This document shows positions 62,341 to 64,000 of a stretch of DNA of 64,000 bases, piece by piece. The stretch is taken from contig JBELIP010000008.1 of assembly GCA_042090785.1 (NCBI GenBank), positions 18,763-82,762 on the forward strand. The letters run 5' to 3'. The DNA comes from Cellvibrionales bacterium (lineage in GTDB: Bacteria; Pseudomonadota; Gammaproteobacteria; Pseudomonadales; UBA7434). The translations under genes and the position numbers were made by a program. Position 1 is the first letter of the stretch. Each line of letters begins with the position of its first letter. The notes under the pieces are model-generated. The model was not told the origin of the DNA. It did no database searches and saw only the letters and a list, made by a program, of their open reading frames with translations.

Positions 62341-63864
62341 TTATTTCCGTCTAATTTGTTGCATACCAACACTCAACATGACTAAAGCCAATGCGGGCAA
62401 TCCTAAACTGCCTAAAACAGGAACACGCTCAGCATCATCTGTTTGCGAGGCTGCCGCTTCTTCGGCTTTAAAAAATGTCCATATCGTTTCGTAAAGGTCG
62501 TAACCGCCACCCAAATTCATTGAATGACCAGCCCCCTCTACCGTATGGTAACGCACTTGCCGATTTTCATCGCAATTAGCAAACGTATAAGCCTGCACTG
62601 TCAAATTACCCCATTGCTGCGTCTCCGAACTAGCCGTTGGCGAGCAATTAATATTGTCGGCCCAATTTTCAGCACTGGCCTGTGCTGACAAAAAAGTCGC
62701 GCCAATAAAGCCAACGTAACCGCCTTCTATGGGAATCACAGTATCAGCATCGCCGTTAACTTGAAAAACTGACACTGGCGCAGGGGCATCAATAGCGCCA
62801 AGAAAATCCAATTGCTGACTAACAATAGGGCCAATACCATTAAGTAAATTGGTTTCTTTGGCCAACTTATTCGACATACCTGCGCCGTTAGATCGACCAA
62901 TAGCAAACACCTTACTTTGGTCAAAAAGAGAATCGCCGTTAAAGCTATTCAACATTAATTGAAAAAACTCAATATCATCGGCGTCAGATTCACCGCTAAC
63001 ATTCCAACGATTGTTATAACCCGAAGGAAACACGGCTATAAATTCATCACGATCAATTAAGTTTTCAAGTGATGGATTCAGCATATTCAAACCTTGCCCA
63101 CCAGCACCATGAAAAAAGAATACTATCGGATAACTACTCTGGTTAAGTGCTTGAGGGTATCTAACCCAAAACTCACGCTGCACTGCCTGCCCTGCTACCA
63201 ATTGATTCACGGTGCGCGCTTGTAGCGTTGTAACAGGAGGCGTCGTTGAACCTAAGTCAACACTTAAACCAATAATACGATAATCAGAACTACTCACAGT
63301 ACCATTAGCGTTTTTATTACCTGGCGTCAATGAGAAGCTAGTCGCTAATTCGCTAGCCCAGCTAGCAGCAATTGCATTGCTAGAATCAATTAGAATCGCT
63401 GATGCATTATCAGTGCCTCGCGCACCGCCATTTAATTCATAACCTGTACTGTTGATGGTTAATACTGCCGTTTCGTTAGCAAATAAATGCGCACTAAAAG
63501 CGGTTTTAAAACCTATATTACTAAACTCAACCGCGCCTGAACTGTCGGATAATGAAAAATGCAATGTTTCATCGTCGGTTATTAACCATGTCGAACTATT
63601 ATCAGATTTAACACCAAGACCCATACCTATCTGCTTAGCGACTAAAGCATTAGCACTACTCGATACACTTGAAGCACTCACCGTTAAGGTGTAATCGCCA
63701 GAAGTAAATGTTAATGACGTTTGCCCATATACACTCGCAGTAGGCTCAAACTCAAAATTCAGTGTTTGTGCATCAGCCTGTACAGTCATCAGTGCAGAAG
63801 CCAATAAAAAAATCAATGCCACCAAAAACATTAAAAAACTTTTTATATCGATAAACGTTTTCAT
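62341..63864 (-). CDS. Secreted esterase (PHB-depolymerase / feruloyl-esterase, CE1-like) with N-terminal beta-rich domain and C-terminal sorting tag
   Basis: The start was trimmed to the ATG at 63864 (MKTFIDIKSFLMFLVALIFLLASALMTVQA, a signal peptide). Esterase motifs are PIVFFFHGAGGQG, nucleophile GRSNGAGMS and EGAGHSM. The tail is VPVLGSLGLPALALVMLSVGMQQIRRK. Confidence 0.75.
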   Translation of the reverse strand: MKTFIDIKSFLMFLVALIFLLASALMTVQADAQTLNFEFEPTASVYGQTSLTFTSGDYTLTVSASSVSSSANALVAKQIGMGLGVKSDNSSTWLITDDETLHFSLSDSSGAVEFSNIGFKTAFSAHLFANETAVLTINSTGYELNGGARGTDNASAILIDSSNAIAASWASELATSFSLTPGNKNANGTVSSSDYRIIGLSVDLGSTTPPVTTLQARTVNQLVAGQAVQREFWVRYPQALNQSSYPIVFFFHGAGGQGLNMLNPSLENLIDRDEFIAVFPSGYNNRWNVSGESDADDIEFFQLMLNSFNGDSLFDQSKVFAIGRSNGAGMSNKLAKETNLLNGIGPIVSQQLDFLGAIDAPAPVSVFQVNGDADTVIPIEGGYVGFIGATFLSAQASAENWADNINCSPTASSETQQWGNLTVQAYTFANCDENRQVRYHTVEGAGHSMNLGGGYDLYETIWTFFKAEEAAASQTDDAERVPVLGSLGLPALALVMLSVGMQQIRRK

Positions 63865-63899
63865 TATGCTCACGGGCTTGCTATTAGCTATTATTTAAA

Positions 63900-63933
63900 T
63901 AAAAAAGCCGCAGCACAGGCCGCGGCTTTTTTA
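63900..63933. terminator. Bidirectional-looking intrinsic terminator
   Basis: AGCCGC-(10 nt)-GCGGCT is flanked by A6 on the left and T6 on the right. It lies between the esterase gene and the next upstream gene. Confidence 0.65.
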
Positions 63934-63947
63934 TACGCGAAGTAAAA

Positions 63948-64000
63948 TTACTTTCTTCTTACTCGTAGCGCACCTAAGCCCAACATCGATAACCCTAAGG
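63948..64000 (-). CDS. 3' end of a further gene (partial) encoding the same type of C-terminal sorting tag
   Basis: The minus-strand reading gives ...LGLSMLGLGALRVRRK followed by a stop at 63948-63950. The gene body lies beyond the window edge. Confidence 0.5.
   Translation of the reverse strand, partial: LGLSMLGLGALRVRRK

Overview
This is a chromosomal window from an AT-leaning gammaproteobacterium; my hand counts give about 38-50% G+C in coding lines and about 32% in typical spacers. It holds about 55 protein genes plus tRNA-Leu(UAG) and tRNA-Ser(UGA). Most of the content is core housekeeping. Gene order matches what I remember of Pseudomonas aeruginosa: recA-recX; etfBA divergent from ETF-ubiquinone oxidoreductase; tig-clpP-clpX-lon-hupB-ppiD; fadBA; ycfH(tatD)-pilZ-holB-tmk-mltG-pabC-fabF-acpP-fabG-fabD-plsX-rpmF-yceD; maf; and S49 peptidase-HAD hydrolase-rluC divergent from rne. 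Only the last ~9 kb, after tRNA-Ser, looks accessory. It is an all-minus-strand block of secreted esterases, a multidomain GH10 xylanase, a sugar-porter MFS transporter and a DUF1800/DUF1501 pair. I see no CRISPR array, transposase, integrase, phage genes, toxin-antitoxin pair or recognisable defence system, and I cannot point to a clear-cut novel multi-gene system. The leads most worth a second look are: (1) a 1.4-kb ORF-free spacer with coding-like composition upstream of rne; (2) a shared non-canonical PEP-CTERM/IPTL-CTERM-like sorting tag on three consecutive secreted proteins; (3) a fabH-less fab cluster, together with a FabY-type 621-aa ketosynthase and a separate KASIII embedded among beta-oxidation/ETF genes; (4) an in-frame TAA at the N-terminus of an HDOD gene; (5) an orphan, terminator-capped, GGA-rich structured transcript candidate; (6) an unusually long, structured clpP-clpX spacer. 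I trimmed several ORF-track starts to starts supported by homolog N-termini and Shine-Dalgarno (SD) spacing. All homology statements come from motif recognition by eye, not from searches.
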